Source of the DNA: Chiloscyllium plagiosum
Lineage: Eukaryota
DNA: 64,000 nucleotides
Assembly: GCF_004010195.1 (NCBI RefSeq)
Contig: NC_057719.1
Span: 3,225,512 to 3,289,511 of the forward strand
Reading direction: 5' to 3'
The translations under genes and the position numbers were made by a program. Under the pieces are notes generated by a model. That model did no database searches. It had not been told where the DNA came from and worked only from the letters and a program-made list of their open reading frames with translations. Position 1 is the stretch's first letter. Every line of letters starts with the position of its first letter. Positions 1 through 13,699 of this stretch are shown here, one piece after another.

Positions 1-1162
1 ATCCGTGTCTCCAAAGTGCTCACCTACTTCCAAATCTAACACTTGGCCAGGCTCGTTACCCAGTACTAAATCTAAAGTGGCCTCGCCCCTTGTTGGCCTG
101 TCTACATACTGTGTCAGGAAGCCCTCCTGCACACACTGGACAAAAACTGACCCATCTATAGTACTCGTACTGTAGTGATCCCAGTCAATAATTGGAAAGT
201 TGAAGTCCCCCATGACAACTACCCTGCCTCTCTCACTCCTATCGAGAATCATCTTTGCTATCCTTTCCTCTACATCTCTGGCACTATTCGGTGGCCTATA
301 GAAAACTCCCAGCATAGTGACTTCTCCTTTCCTGTTTCTAACCTCAGCCCATACTACCTCAGTTAACGAGTCCCCAAACATCCTTTCTATATTGTCCCTG
401 ATCAACAATGACACACCTCCCCCTCTTTTACCATTTTCTCTGTTCTTACTGAAACATCTGAATCCCGGAACCGGCAAGAGCCATTCCTGTCCCTGCTCTA
501 TCCATGTCTCCGTAATGGCCACAACATCGAAGTCCCAGGTACCAACCCATGCTGCCAGTTCACCCACTTTATTTCGGATGCTCCTTGTGTTGACGTACAC
601 ACACTTCAAACCAGGTTCTCGCTTGCCAATATCAGATACTTGATTTGGGAACTCCCTACTCTCATCCTCTTCTGTACCTGCCCTACAATTTTGGTTCCCA
701 TCCTCCTGCTGTATTAGTTTAAATCCACCTTAATAGCTTTAGTGAATTTTCCCCCCAGGATAGTGGTACCCCTCTGGTTTAGATGAAGACCATCCTGCTT
801 GTAGAGGTCCCACCTACCCCAGAAAGAGCTCCAATTATCCAAAAGCCCGAAACCCTCACTCCTGCACCATCCCTGTAGCCACGTGTTCAACTCCTCTCTC
901 TCCCTATTCTTCACCTCACTAGCACATGGCATGGGCAGCAAACCAGAGACAACAACTCTGTTTGTCCTCGCTCTAAGCTTCCATCCTAGATCCCTGAATT
1001 TCTGCCTTAAATCCCCATCTCTCTTCCGACCTATGTCGTTGGTGCCAATGTGGACCATGACTTGGGACTGCTCTCCCTCCCCCTGAAGGATCCCAAAAAC
1101 ACGATCAGAGACATCACGGACCCTGGCACCTGGGAGGCCACACACCAACCGCGAGTCTCTCC
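1..1162 (-). mobile_element. CR1-group LINE 5' part: ORF1 SGNH/GDSL esterase domain (~714-1162) followed by degenerate ORF2 AP endonuclease (~1-620)
   Basis: The C-terminal half of ORF 714..1469 has esterase motifs (LPGARVRDV, VHIGTNDIG, DGLHLN). The minus strand of 1-620 reads as an endonuclease (YRPPN, VVMGDFNFP). Confidence 0.85.
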
Positions 1163-1817
1163 TACACAACAGACCAAAACAAGACACAACACCCCCAGAG
1201 ACTCTAGCCACCCTGCCATACCTTAAATACATCACAGAGATAATGACCAGACTACTGCAGCCCCTAGGCATCATGGTAGCCCACAAACCTACCACCACAC
1301 TGAAACAGCTCCTGATGAACCGAAAGGACCCTGTACCAACAACCAGCAGAATGAACATCATATACAAAATACCCAGCAAGTACTGCAACAAACACTGCAT
1401 CGGACAGACGGGCAGGAAACTAGCCACCAGGATACATGAACACCAACTAGCCACCAATGACATGACCAACTTTCACTGGTATCCATACACACAGACAAAG
1501 AGGGACAACAGTTCGACTGGGACAACACATCCATCCATTCTTGGCCAGGCTAAACAGAGACACACACGGGAATTCCTGGAGGCCTGGCATTCAAGCCAGA
1601 ACTCCATCAATAAGCACATCAATTTGGACCCCATTTATCAACCTCTCAAAAAAAACTGGAAATGATATCACCCACCACAACAGACCAAGACACAGAAATA
1701 GAAAGTGGGACAGAACACCAGCGTTTCACCGGAGGCTCACTGATGATGTTACCCAGCATGGTGACGAAACATCTGAGAACAAACCTACCAGTTCAGCGAG
1801 CTAACTTACAACCTGAG
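1163..1817 (+). mobile_element. Penelope-like element 3' fragment (GIY-YIG endonuclease plus terminal repeat)
   Basis: ORF 1243..1665 reads NIIYKIPSKYCNKHCIGQTGRKLATRIHEH...REFLEAWHS, a PLE GIY-YIG domain. Same family as 43581-46513. Confidence 0.9.
1736..1777 (+). ncRNA. Minimal type-I hammerhead ribozyme motif in PLE terminus
   Basis: ctca-CTGATGA-t-gttacc(cagcat)ggtgac-GAAAC-ATC-tgag: catalytic core, 6-bp stem II and stem I ctca/tgag. Confidence 0.75.
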
Positions 1818-1829
1818 TCTTATTGGACT

Positions 1830-2085
1830 TGAGACTCTCTTTAAATTAAGGGGTGGTAGGTATAGGACAGATGTTAGGGGTAGATTCTTTACTCAGCGAG
1901 TCGTGAGTTCATGGAATGCCCTGCCAGTAGCAATGGTGGACTCTCCCTCTTTATGGGCATTTAAACGGGCATTGGATAGGCATATGGAGGATAGTGGGCT
2001 AGTGTAGATTAGGTGGGCTTGGATTGGCGCAACATCGAGGGCCAAAGGGCCTGTACTGTGCTGTATTTTTCTATGTTCTATGTTC
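1830..2085 (+). mobile_element. CR1 LINE 3' end with (ttctatg)n tail
   Basis: FFTQRVVSSWNALP-type C-terminus, a conserved CR1 3' UTR and a tandem tail. Confidence 0.8.
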
Positions 2086-2159
2086 TCCCCACATATGCTG
2101 TCAGACCTGCTGAGTTTCTCCAGCACCTGACCTTTCATATATCCCTTTGGCTGTTCACA

Positions 2160-2700
2160 AAAAGCAAGTTACTGATTGTAGCTAAACAGCCTGCACTTCC
2201 AAAACCCACACCACAGTTCCCACAATGAGATGTGATCTTACAACTGGTCAATATTTACTGGATAATACTGAACGTGTGAAGAATTACGCTGATAACGAAT
2301 TTCAGGTTGTCACCGTGTGTATGGAAGCTCCCCATATCCACACACAAGGCTGTATTCTTTACGGACAGAAAGAATATGTACACATAGTTCCTGTTTCAAT
2401 TCAACAGAGTAAATAACAGCATTTTGGTGGTTCATTCCTTAGGACAATACCTTGACCAGCCATCAGTCAGAGTCATCCTGCTTGGTTTAAGGTTGAACAA
2501 TGCCTGTCTGTTATCTGTCAATCAGCATGAATTGGTGCTGTCTCATGACAACACATCTATCAATCAAAGTCAATTTGCTCGCAAATCAGCACTCCTTTCT
2601 CATGCAATGTAAATCTCGTGTCTCCCCTTGAGCTTGTGTACTTGTGAAACATTCTGATGTATGCAAAGTGAAAAACTTTGCTCACACTTGTCTTTATTCA
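2160..2700 (+). mobile_element. Old, degenerate Penelope-like 3' fragment
   Basis: ORF 2225..2416 resembles a PLE C-terminus (GQYLLDN...MEAPHIHTQG). A decayed ctgatg...gaaa motif lies near 2653-2675, and related pieces lie at ~7300-7620 (-) and ~59240-59420. Confidence 0.5.
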
Positions 2701-3109
2701 ACAAAATGTGAGTTTTCGGTAAATGCTGTTCATTCTGTCAATTACACCATTCTGTAACTTTGTTGATTGTCACGAAGTTGACTGACAAACAGTCATTAAC
2801 CAGGTTGAGTTTACCCAGGTTGTGTTTTTCTGGACAGAACATTCCTGGACAATTTTTCACATTGTTGGATCAATGTTGGTGTTCCAGTTATATTATTACA
2901 GCTTGGCTTGGGATGGGACTAGGTCTGGGTGACTCAGGACTACAATGCCGTTAATATCGCAGTCTGGATGTTGTCAGGGCCCATAGCCTTCAGCTGTATT
3001 CTGATATCGTGGATGGTATCATCCACTTGATATTTCTGGCTGAAAATAGTTGTGAGTGAAAAAAGTCTAGTGTTTTCCCCTGTCTGATCTCTCATTGTAC
3101 GTTGCTCTC

Positions 3110-3280
3110 TTGTTGAAGAGAGGCAACTGGTGGTGAATTTAACTTGAAAGGCCAGCACACCTCAAGCAAAGGTCAAGTCTGAGAAGATGGAGCCTTCATG
3201 GTGACCTCAGCCAATGCAGGAATTGAACCCCCAATATCAGCATCACACTGCGTTGCAAACCAGCCATCTGAGCAAACAGG
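3110..3280 (-). mobile_element. tRNA-derived SINE (second family)
   Basis: The reverse strand has a B-box-like ggttcaattcc. A homologous copy lies at ~58230-58416. Confidence 0.55.
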
Positions 3281-3479
3281 TCTCCTATACATATGTGCAG
3301 CTGCGTAAACGCAATACTGATCATTTCCCGCTGAGTATGCAGTGTTATTGTGGCTTGTTTAATGGAACCCAAGTATTGGATCCTCCTTACACACAGTTGT
3401 TTCTCACTGGTATAGAAATACAACATAAACCTGTATGGACTGAAGACTGCTGGGAATAATTCCTACTCTTACCTTAAGC

Positions 3480-3800
3480 TGTTAATGGGATGTGGGCATT
3501 GCTGGATCAGTAATTATTGCCCGCTCTCGGGTTGCCTTGGAACTGACAGGCTCGCCAGAGCTATTTAAGAGTTAACCACATTGCTGTGGGTTTGGAGTCA
3601 CACATTGGATAGATCAGGTAAGGGATAATAGAAAGGCTGCCAACATCATCAAAGACCCCTGAGTGAATCAGATTGGTTTTTACAACAAACACCTATATTA
3701 GACTGGCTTTAAATTTTTCTCATTGAATTCAAATTTCATCAATCAAACTTTGTCCGTTAAAGTGCACACTCTCAGAACGTTATCCTGAGTGTCTGGCTTG
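3480..3800 (-). mobile_element. Degenerate Deu-domain SINE (SacSINE1-like)
   Basis: gggatgtgggcattgctgg...attattgccc...aaccacattgctgtggg, the same pattern as 37945-38260. Confidence 0.55.
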
Positions 3801-4334
3801 CTTCACCATTAAACCACATTCTCCTTGCAATAGGAACAGCGATATTCTTGAGAGGCAAATCAATGGTTAGAGAAAAGGCCTCGCTTACTTTACGAACAAT
3901 CTTGTACAGTGAAAATTACGATGATCTGGAACAAGACAGTAATTTTTCTTTTTCCTGAGAAATTAAAGCAAGGCCAGAGTTTTCGCAGGGTCACTGCCTC
4001 TGCCTGGCCTGAGCATCTCGGAGTGCAGGCGATGAAGAGGATCTTAGGCACTTTAGAAGAGCATTCTGGGGCAACTCGCGCTCTGTTTCAAAATGTCAAC
4101 ACACATTCAAGAAGCATTTTGCTAAGTCAGAACTGGTTAGGATAAAGAATCAATGAGGCATCATGCACCGCCTGGGAAGGGATATTTAACAATTTGTTCA
4201 TCTCCTTGTAGAAGATGGTAAATAATTATGACAAGGGAAGAGGTCCTGGACACAGTAAAGTGGTCCTTGACTCAGTCAGCTCCTGTGCAGGCAGAAAGCC
4301 AGCGACTCCTGTTTCAGAAAACAAACAATTAAAC

Positions 4335-4912
4335 AAGGACGCCTCTTCTTCCTCAGGCAGCTCAGGAAATTCCGCATGTCTATAAGGACCCTCAGCAACA
4401 TTTACAGATGCACCATCGAGAGCATACTGTCTGGGTGCATCACGGCCTGGTACAGCAACTGCTCTGCCCAGGGCCGTAAGGAACTACAGAAGGCAGTGTG
4501 CACAGCCCAGACCATCCCGGAAGCCAACCTCCCATCCATGGACTCCATTTACACTTTTCGTTGCCATGGAAAGGCTGCCAACAGCATCAAAGACCCCTCC
4601 CACCCTGGTAATGATCTCTGACAGCCTCTTCCATCAGGTAGAACATGCAGAAGCTTGAGCACACGCTACAACAGGTTCAGGAACAGGTTCAGGAACAGCT
4701 TCTTACCTGCTGCTATTAAACTGATGGATAGACTCTCCAACTTTAAATAAGGTTGATCTTGCTCCAAGCCCCTCCTGTGCATCTGTACGCCTCGCACAGT
4801 TTGAACACCCTATGGTCTGTATGTCCTTGTTCACTATGGTCTGCCTGTACTGCCCACAAAACAAAGCTTTTCACTGTACTCAGGTACACACGACTACAAT
4901 AAATCAAAACAT
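4335..4912 (+). mobile_element. Rex1/Babar-like LINE 3' fragment
   Basis: RLFFLRQLRKF...YRCTIESILSGCITAWY...IKDPSHP, ending in an aataaa tail. Confidence 0.75.
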
Positions 4913-5429
4913 CAGATGCTGACGATCTGAACTAGAAACACAAATTGTTGGAGAAACTCGGCAGGTCTGGCAGTATCTATGGAGAGAAAACTGTTCTGAT
5001 GAAAGGTCACTGGACACAAAATATTAGCTGTGTTTCTCTTTGCACAGATGCTGCCAGACTTGCTGAGGTTAGAACATCGAACATTGAACAATACAGCACT
5101 GGAACGGGCCCTGCGGCCCATGATGCTGTGTCAAACATGACGCCAACGTAAACTAATCCCTTCTGCCTGCCCTTGGTCCATATTCCTCCATTCGTTGCAT
5201 ATTCATGTGCTTATCTAAAAGTCTCTTAAACATCTATATCGTATTTGCCTCCATACTTTCTCCAGCAATTTCTGTTTTTGTTTTCTACTGTACCTACCAT
5301 TAGACAGCAGGAATGTCCACACCAATGGGAAAGGCTTTAGAAGCTGCCCATCCATAGAACCTTAGAAAGTAAGAGGCCATTCAGCCCTTCAAACCTGCTC
5401 CACTATTCAATATGATCACTGCAGATCAT

Positions 5430-7160
5430 CTAACCCAAACAGACACCTGGCGATTATGGCAAGGACTGAAAGACATCACAAGTTCTAAAAAAAGACAGAG
5501 CAAGATAGCAGACAATGACACATTCCTCCCAGATCATTTCAATGCCTTCTATGCTCGCTTTGAGCAGAATTTTGGTGGAGAGGTAACACCTATTCTGATG
5601 AACCTATCCCAACAGTCACTGCATCAGAGGTCAGATCAGTTTTCCTTCGGGTGAATCCAAGGAAAGTGATGGGACCAGACGGAGTACCAGGCCGTGCATT
5701 CAGGGCACGCACAGATCAACTGGCAGAGGTCTTCTCGGACACCTTCAACCTCTCCCTGCAGCAGGCCACTGTCCCTGCCTGTTTCAAGAGGGCCAGCATC
5801 ATCCCTGTGCCTAAGAAGGCTCATGCAACATGTCTCAATGACTACCGTCCAGTGGCCCTAACTTCGGTGGTCATGAAGTGCTTTGAAAGGCTGGTCATGG
5901 CATTAATCAACTCCAGGTCTCCATTAACCTTGACCCACTCTAATTTGCCTATCGGACCAACAGATCCACGTCAGATGCCATATCACTTGCCGTTCACTCC
6001 TCCCTAGAACATCTTGACACCAAGAACAGCTAGGTAAGAATCTTACTCATTGACTCCAGTTCAGCCTTCAACACTATTATCCCGTCGAGACTGATTACTG
6101 AACTTAGCGATCTCGGACTAAGCCCCACTCTCTGCAACTGGATCCTCAGTTTCCTGACCCACAGGCCACAATCAGTGAAGATTGGGGACAATATTTCATC
6201 GTCACTAACACTCAACATGGAGCCCCCCAGGGGTGTGTACTCAGCCCCTACTGTACTCACTGTATACCCATGACTGCATCGCCAAATACCAGACTAATGC
6301 CATTTACAAGTTCACTGATGACACCACCATACTCGGTCGAATCTCAGATGGCGATGAAACAGACTACAGACGGGAGGTGGAAGACCTGGAAAAATGGTGC
6401 ACTGAGAACAACCTAGCTCTCAATGCTGGCAAAACCAAAGACCTCATTATTGACTTTTGGCGGGATATTACTCATGCCCCTCTACACATTAACAGCATAG
6501 AGATGGAACGAGTGGAGAGTGTCAAGCTCCTGGGAGTGCTCATCCACAACAAGCTTTCTTGGACTCTTCATGTGGACGCACTGGTTACAAAGGCCCAGCA
6601 ACGTCTTTTCTTCCTCAGGCAGCTGAGGAAATTTGGCATGACGGTGAATACCCTTGCCAACATTTATAGGTGCACCGAGAGCATTCTGTCTGGATGTATC
6701 ACTACCTGGTATGGTAACTGTACCATTCAAGATCAGAGACGGTTACAGAGAGCAATGAACTTGGCCCGGACAATCACAAAGGTCAACCTCCCATCTATAG
6801 AATCCATCTACCAGGCCCACTGTCAAGGAAAGGCCGCCAGCATTCTCAAAGATCCATCCCACCCTGGCAATGTTTTTTTCTACAACCTCTACCATCGGGG
6901 AGAAGGTACAGAAGCCTGAACACACGCAGCAGCCGGTTTCGAAACAGTTTCTACCCGACTGTTGTTAGATACTGAATGGACTCACAAACAGTTAACATTC
7001 GCCCGTACCTGTGTTTTTGTTTTTGACGCTGTTTACCTATTATTTACTATCTACGCTACTTAACTGTGATCTGCCGGTATTGCTCGCAAAACAAAGCTTT
7101 TCACTGTGCCTCGGTACATGGGACAATAAATTCAGTTCAATTCAATTCAATTCAATTCAA
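5430..7160 (+). mobile_element. Rex1/Babar-like LINE, 5'-truncated RT pseudogene with (ttcaa)n tail
   Basis: ORFs 5651..6007 (GPDGVPGR, NDYRPVALTS) and 6233..6919 (KFTDDTT, KAQQRLFFLR) are frameshifted. Tail is aataaattcagttcaattcaattcaa. Confidence 0.85.
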
Positions 7161-8237
7161 TAACTCAGCACTCCATTCCGACTTTCTCCCATACCCATAT
7201 CCTTTGGTCTATTTGGACCTAAGGAATATATCTATTGTTCTTAAAACGTTGTGGCCTTAACTACTTTCTGTGGCAGAGAATTCCAAAGTAGGATGAATTA
7301 CATTGTATGAGAGCAGAGTGCTGTCTGAGTGGTAAGCAGACTCTGATTCATTCAGGAAATGCTATCAAGGATGCAACAGTCAATGAGGACTAACAGTTAA
7401 CTGCCAATCTTTTGTATAAATTTTTAACCAGGCAGTTGACCGTTTGGTCCTTGAGAAATGAATCGGAGAATGGCTGTCACTTATTTTGCTGAGTTAAAGC
7501 ATGTGCAGTGCACATACATGTTCTTCCTGTCTGCAAAGAACAAGGTAAAAGCATTGACTGCAGATGCTGGAAACCAGATTCTGGGAAGAACGAGTCCCTG
7601 TATATTAATACCTGAGGCTTCCAGACCAGGCAAGTCCACCCCAGGCCAGGCCTGACTAACCCTGGACTGGTTCATTAATTTTCTTTCACTATCCTTACCT
7701 GGTCTGGTCTACGTGTAACTCCAGGCCGACAGCAATGAGGTTGACTCTTGAATGTCCCCTGGACAATTAAGGATGGACAAGACAGCAATGAATGAATTGT
7801 TAAACTCTTACAGTGGGAAGGGGGAGGACACAGTTGCCCATGTAGATGCCAGTGATACAGATAGACCAGGTAAGTGGTTCTGCAGAGAGAGTATGAGGAG
7901 AAAGGCACTGGCTTACAGAATGGAAGCTCAAAAGATACAAAATCTGGATTATTATCTGAGATTGTGCAAATTGGGGTGGGGTATATAACTTTAGAGAAAT
8001 CGCTACATGGTTCTGAGACTGGTGTTGGGCCAGTGGGCCCGGGTATGTGGGTCACTGACACCTGTATGAAAGAAACTACTATTGGAGTGGTCTACACATG
8101 AATCGTAGTGCAGGTGATATATTTCGGAAAGTAGAGAGGGTTTTAATAGAAGAGTGAGGCAAGGCATAATCAAAGAAGGAAGGATGTGGTATGTCAGAGA
8201 TGTAGTGAGAAAGGATGCGAGCAATGTAGGAACTGAA

Positions 8238-8530
8238 GATTAGATTAGATTCCCTACAGTATGGAAACAGGCCCTTCAGCCCAACCGTCCGAAGAGTAAC
8301 CCACCTGGACCCATTCCCCGACTACATTTATCCCTGACTAATGCATCTTACACTAGGGGCAATTTAACATGGCCAATCTACCTGACCTGCACATCTTTGG
8401 ACTGTGGGGGGAAACCCACGCGGACACGGGGAGAATGTGCAAACCCCACACAGTCAGTCACCAAAGCACGGAATCGAACCGGGGTCCCTGGTGCTGTGAG
8501 GCAGCAGTGCTAACCACTGAGCCACTGTGG
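8238..8530 (-). mobile_element. HE1-like V-SINE (tRNA-derived)
   Basis: Reverse complement has A-box gtggctcagtggttagc, B-box ggttcgattcc and the V-domain tttgcacattctccccgtgt. Confidence 0.85.
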
Positions 8531-9584
8531 AGCAGGATGGAAAGAAAGGGCAGGGGGAAAATACCTAAAGAATATACCAATCGTTTAGACCGGATGTCAC
8601 AAAGATAGCAAAACGACAATATGAAAAGCCCTGTATCCGAGTGTGTGCAGTATTCACAAAAACACAAACCAATTGATGGGACACAGTTAAATAAAAGGAT
8701 ATGATCTGGTGGCTATTCCAGAGGCCTAGCTGCAGGATGGCTAGGATTAGGGCCGAATGTTAATGGATATGTGACACTGAAGAAGAATACGAAGCTGGGT
8801 AAAGGTGGAGGGTGGCACTGCCAGTCAAAGAGTGCACACTGGCAGCAGTTAGAGATGATCATGGCTCCGGAGATCGGGATGTGGAATGGGTTTGCAGATA
8901 AGGAATAGTCAGGAAAAGAGGTCTCTGATGAGAGTGGCCAGCAGGGTCCTGTGCAGAAACTACAATGTGGTGCAATATATACAGGAGAAAATACTAAGAG
9001 CTTCTGATAAAGGGAAGCAGCAGGAATGGGTGACTTTAATCTCCATATAATCGGGAAAAATCAGATTGGCAGGAGTATTCTGGATGAGGAATCCTTGTGT
9101 CTGAATCACAAAAGATTCATATTCAGATACAGATCATAACCAAGGAGGTTAGTGTGCTGCTATCATTTATTATACCAGGAATTGAACTTAAGAGCGTGAA
9201 ATGCACGCCCTGCAACAGTAGGAGACTCACCAAATGTAAGGGTTTTTAAATGGGCATTGGATAGACATATGAAGGAATAGGTTGGATTCAGATTGGTTTC
9301 ACAGGTCACCACAACATTGAGGGCCAAAGGGCCTGTACTGTGCTGTAATGTTCTATGTTGTATATTCTAAAAGTAAGGATATTGTGCTTCTTTGAGATCC
9401 CATCTTGATTACTGTGTGCAGTTTGGTTTTCTATTTGGAAGAAAGGATGTAAATATGTTGAATGTAGTTCAGAGCGGGGTTTACTGGAGTAATACCGGGA
9501 GTGAGTCAGTTATCGCATGAGGAAAGGTGAAATAGACTGGACTTGTCTCCACTGGAGCTAACAATGATGTGGACAAGGTCCGAA

Positions 9585-9665
9585 GTCACACTACGCCAGG
9601 TTATAGTCCAACAGGTTTATATGAAATCACAATCTTTCAGAGCACTGCCCCTTCGTCAGGTGAAG
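9585..9665 (-). mobile_element. PLE terminal fragment with hammerhead motif
   Basis: Minus strand reads CTGACGA-a-ggggc(agt)gctct-GAAA-gatt, then aaacctgttggactataacctgg (same family as 63230-63320). Confidence 0.6.
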
Positions 9666-9700
9666 TGAGAGAGAAGCACACAGTCACAGAGTTTATAGGC

Positions 9701-9782
9701 AGTGAGGTCAGTGGGCAGGGAGGTCAGTGGGCAAGGGGATCAGTGGGCAAGGAGATCAGTGGGCAGAGAGAGATCAGTGGGG
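9701..9782. repeat. ~15-17 bp minisatellite (ggtcagtgggcaggga) running into an assembly gap
   Basis: About five imperfect copies of tcagtgggca directly before the N run. Confidence 0.8.
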
Positions 9783-10282
9783 NNNNNNNNNNNNNNNNNN
9801 NNNNNNNNNNNNNNNNNNNNNNNNNNNNNNNNNNNNNNNNNNNNNNNNNNNNNNNNNNNNNNNNNNNNNNNNNNNNNNNNNNNNNNNNNNNNNNNNNNNN
9901 NNNNNNNNNNNNNNNNNNNNNNNNNNNNNNNNNNNNNNNNNNNNNNNNNNNNNNNNNNNNNNNNNNNNNNNNNNNNNNNNNNNNNNNNNNNNNNNNNNNN
10001 NNNNNNNNNNNNNNNNNNNNNNNNNNNNNNNNNNNNNNNNNNNNNNNNNNNNNNNNNNNNNNNNNNNNNNNNNNNNNNNNNNNNNNNNNNNNNNNNNNNN
10101 NNNNNNNNNNNNNNNNNNNNNNNNNNNNNNNNNNNNNNNNNNNNNNNNNNNNNNNNNNNNNNNNNNNNNNNNNNNNNNNNNNNNNNNNNNNNNNNNNNNN
10201 NNNNNNNNNNNNNNNNNNNNNNNNNNNNNNNNNNNNNNNNNNNNNNNNNNNNNNNNNNNNNNNNNNNNNNNNNNNNNNNNNN
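9783..10282. other. Assembly gap
   Basis: N run. Confidence 1.
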
Positions 10283-11584
10283 GGAGTTGATTGAAGTGTG
10301 GAAGATCCTGAATGATCCTTGTGGTAAGGTCAGCCAGGTGCATTTCCTCGAATCTGAGCTCCCTGACTGAGCATGTTAACCTGTTCCAATGAGGGAGTCC
10401 TGGCTGACAGACAGAAACGGAAATGTCAAGGGTTCTGTTTCCTCTAAGAGGTGCTTCTGAGGGAGCTAGATCAGCGTTAAGGCCTCTCCATGTATCAATA
10501 AATGGTGACTCAGTGACGGGGAACATGCCTGTGTATAGACATTCCAGTTCTGAATAGGTGGATGTCTAAAGGATGTTTCCTGCTGTGGCTGGGCCCAGAA
10601 CGAGAGGGCATTGCTTAATAATTAAGGGTCACCCCTTTAGGACATCCTTTGAGATGAGGAGAACCAGTTACTGACTAAGGATTGTCTGACTTTGGAGCTC
10701 TGTTTCTCAGACGGTGATGGAGGCAGGGTCAATGAATATTTTTAAGGCAGAGGTGGTAAGTTTATTGTTAAGTCAAGAAATTAAGGCTTATCGGGGAATG
10801 CTGATCTCAAAACAGATCCGAACTGCCGTGGTGCAAGCTGGAGGGGCTGAATGGTCTCCTGTTGCTTCCGTTTTGTATGTTGTAGCTGCTTCATGGACTC
10901 ACCATCTGGACCTGTGAAAGAACTGGACAGTTCCACTGGTGTTTCTCAGTCAAAACCTGATCCTTTAACTCACTGGGGTTTGTGTGAGCTTGCTGTGTGT
11001 AAATTGGTTGTTTAGAGCAGTGACAACATTTCAAAAAAGACATTCCTTTGACACAACCTGAGCGGTGCTACGGAAATGCAAGTTCTGTCTGAACTGAAAG
11101 CAAAATCTTGCCGATGCCAGAAATCTGAAATAAACGCAGAGAAATGCTGGAGAAACCCAGCAGGTCTGGCAACAGAGAGAGAGAGAGAGAGAGAGACAGA
11201 GTTAATGTTTCAAGTTGGGTATAATTCTCCTTTAGAATTCTGAACTTTGCAATGCGGGAGCTGCCTGGTCAGCAGGAGATGTTTTCCTCTCCTGGCAGCA
11301 AGGGTTATGAAGAAGCCTAAAATGCCGACTCTCCTGCTCCTCAGATGCTGCCTGACCCTCTGTGCTTTTCCAGAGCCACACTTTATTGACTCTCTCCTTT
11401 TCCGGCATCTTCCCTTGTCTCCTGACCCTCATCGCCATGACCTCTCCATTGCTCGCCTCTGGCCAAGGCCCTTGGGCCTTGGGGGAGTGTTGTCATGGTT
11501 ACCGGTGCTACCTTCCCAATGGCACTGCCACTTCGTAAAGCTGTTGAATGGGGGGGGGGGGGCATTCAGAACAAATTTGGACCG

Positions 11585-12045
11585 CTCCCCGTAAGACCAT
11601 CAGAATAGGAACAGGAGTAGGCCATTCAGCCCCTTCATCTTTCAGTAGGATCATGACTAATCTGACACTCCTCATTTCTATTTTCCTGCCTTTCCTTGGC
11701 TGATCAAGAATCTATCTGTCTCAGTGTTAATTATCCACAAGGACTGTGCCCCCACAAGGCATTCCAAAGACTCACAACCCTCTGAGAGAAGAAATTCCTC
11801 CTCATCTCAGCCATAAATTGATGCCCCTTTATTCTGAGACTGTGCCTCAGGCCCTAGACTCTCCCATGAGGTGAAACACCCCTCTCAGCATTTATCCTTA
11901 AGAATCCTACATGTTCAGTGAGGTCACCCCTCATTCTTCTCAACTCTAGTGAGCAAAGTGCCTACCTATTTCATCTTTTCTCATAAGTCAATCCCTCCAA
12001 AGCAGGGATCATTCTAATGAACCTTCTCTGAACTGCCTCCACTAA
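11585..12045 (-). mobile_element. CR1 LINE 3' fragment
   Basis: Reverse complement of a CR1 C-terminus and 3' UTR (RNFFSQRVV; gaataggaacaggagtaggccattcagccc). Confidence 0.7.
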
Positions 12046-12253
12046 AAGGTCATGAATTTTGGGGGATAATTGACATTTTCAAGATTAAGATGGATGCTGT
12101 CTTGTTGTGTACTATTACCTATGGATTGTCCTTTCAGCTAAAGTAGATTAAGTGGGAATCCGGACAATTCCAGCATGATGTCATTGAACAGCCGAGCGAG
12201 CTGGAAGGCCTGGATGTCCTTCTTATATGCCAATGTTCCAATGTTTGTTATGA

Positions 12254-12535
<282 letters not shown>

Positions 12536-13699
12536 GTGGTTCGGGGCCTGACAACTCAACGTGACTGTCCTCCCAACAGTCTGTCCCCACAATGGAGGAT
12601 TTTATACGTCATCCAACTCAGTCACTTGTGGGTCTGCATGTTCTAATGGTACCCTGTAGCCTTGTGTCACATGTGTACTCAGTTTTGGTCACTGGACAAT
12701 CAATGGCTCCAAACCTATTGGCCTCTTCAACTTGGTAATTACAGGGAGCTGATATTCCCTATTCAATGAGCCACAAACTGCTATCTTTTAATGACGAGAT
12801 CCTTGCATAAGTTAACAACAACGATATTTACACAGTCACAGTCTCTTTCGAGGGAATTTGCAGTGCAATTTTCAATTGCCCAGCGCCACACCCCAATTAT
12901 TCAGCACATTCCGATAGGTTAATGCAGTTTAGTGGCAATGTTGGGTTTTTGCTTTAAGAATTAAATACAAACTGTGTCAGGGTTATTTTTGAAATATAAT
13001 ACTTTTATAAATACAGGTTATCTCGACTTAAGGGAAATGTAATGGGTTAGAAGTCACTTCCTGGGCAGGTAGTGGCGATGGGCTTTTATTGAGATCTTCT
13101 TCAGCTGTTGTTGCAGGAGATTCATCCTCGCTGTCTGTGCGAGTTGAGACTCAAGAGGGTCAGGTTGGCGAGGGAGGGAGGGAAGTTTCAAGGATTTGGG
13201 TGTCTGGTTTTTAGGGACACACTAGCCCTGAGTCACGTTGATTATCTCTGTAAAACACAGGGATGTTTCGCGCTGGGAAGTATCGATGTGCCATTCTTTC
13301 CAAATCCTCTTCCTGTTGTGTGGCTGAATTCTGCTTCAACAGATGCTGGTACAGTGGACTACTAAAATTTTTCAATTTCTGTGAGTCATGTCCAAAATAT
13401 GGAGTATTTGTGAAAAAAAACTCCAAAGAAATGACATAGCCAGCAGGAATGAATAAGTGAGAAACTTCAAATATTGCCATTCGTAAAAACTATTCTTCAT
13501 AGCTGTAAGTACAAGTGCTTTAATGGCAGTTTATTTATGTATTTAACAGACAAAACTGCCCGGGGAACACAATGGGTTAAAAATGGGTTGGATAGGGAAT
13601 CAGCAGCCTTTTTTAAATTTGTCTGGTGAAATTAATAAGAAACAAGTAACAGTGTAAATATAATCTTGCAAAATATTTCTTATTCGCTTTCTGTCTTGC

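Noticed and set aside
9569..10526. Long ORFs spanning N runs (also 36250-36852, 49333-49994, 56340-56863)
   Set aside because: Artefacts of assembly gaps translated as X.
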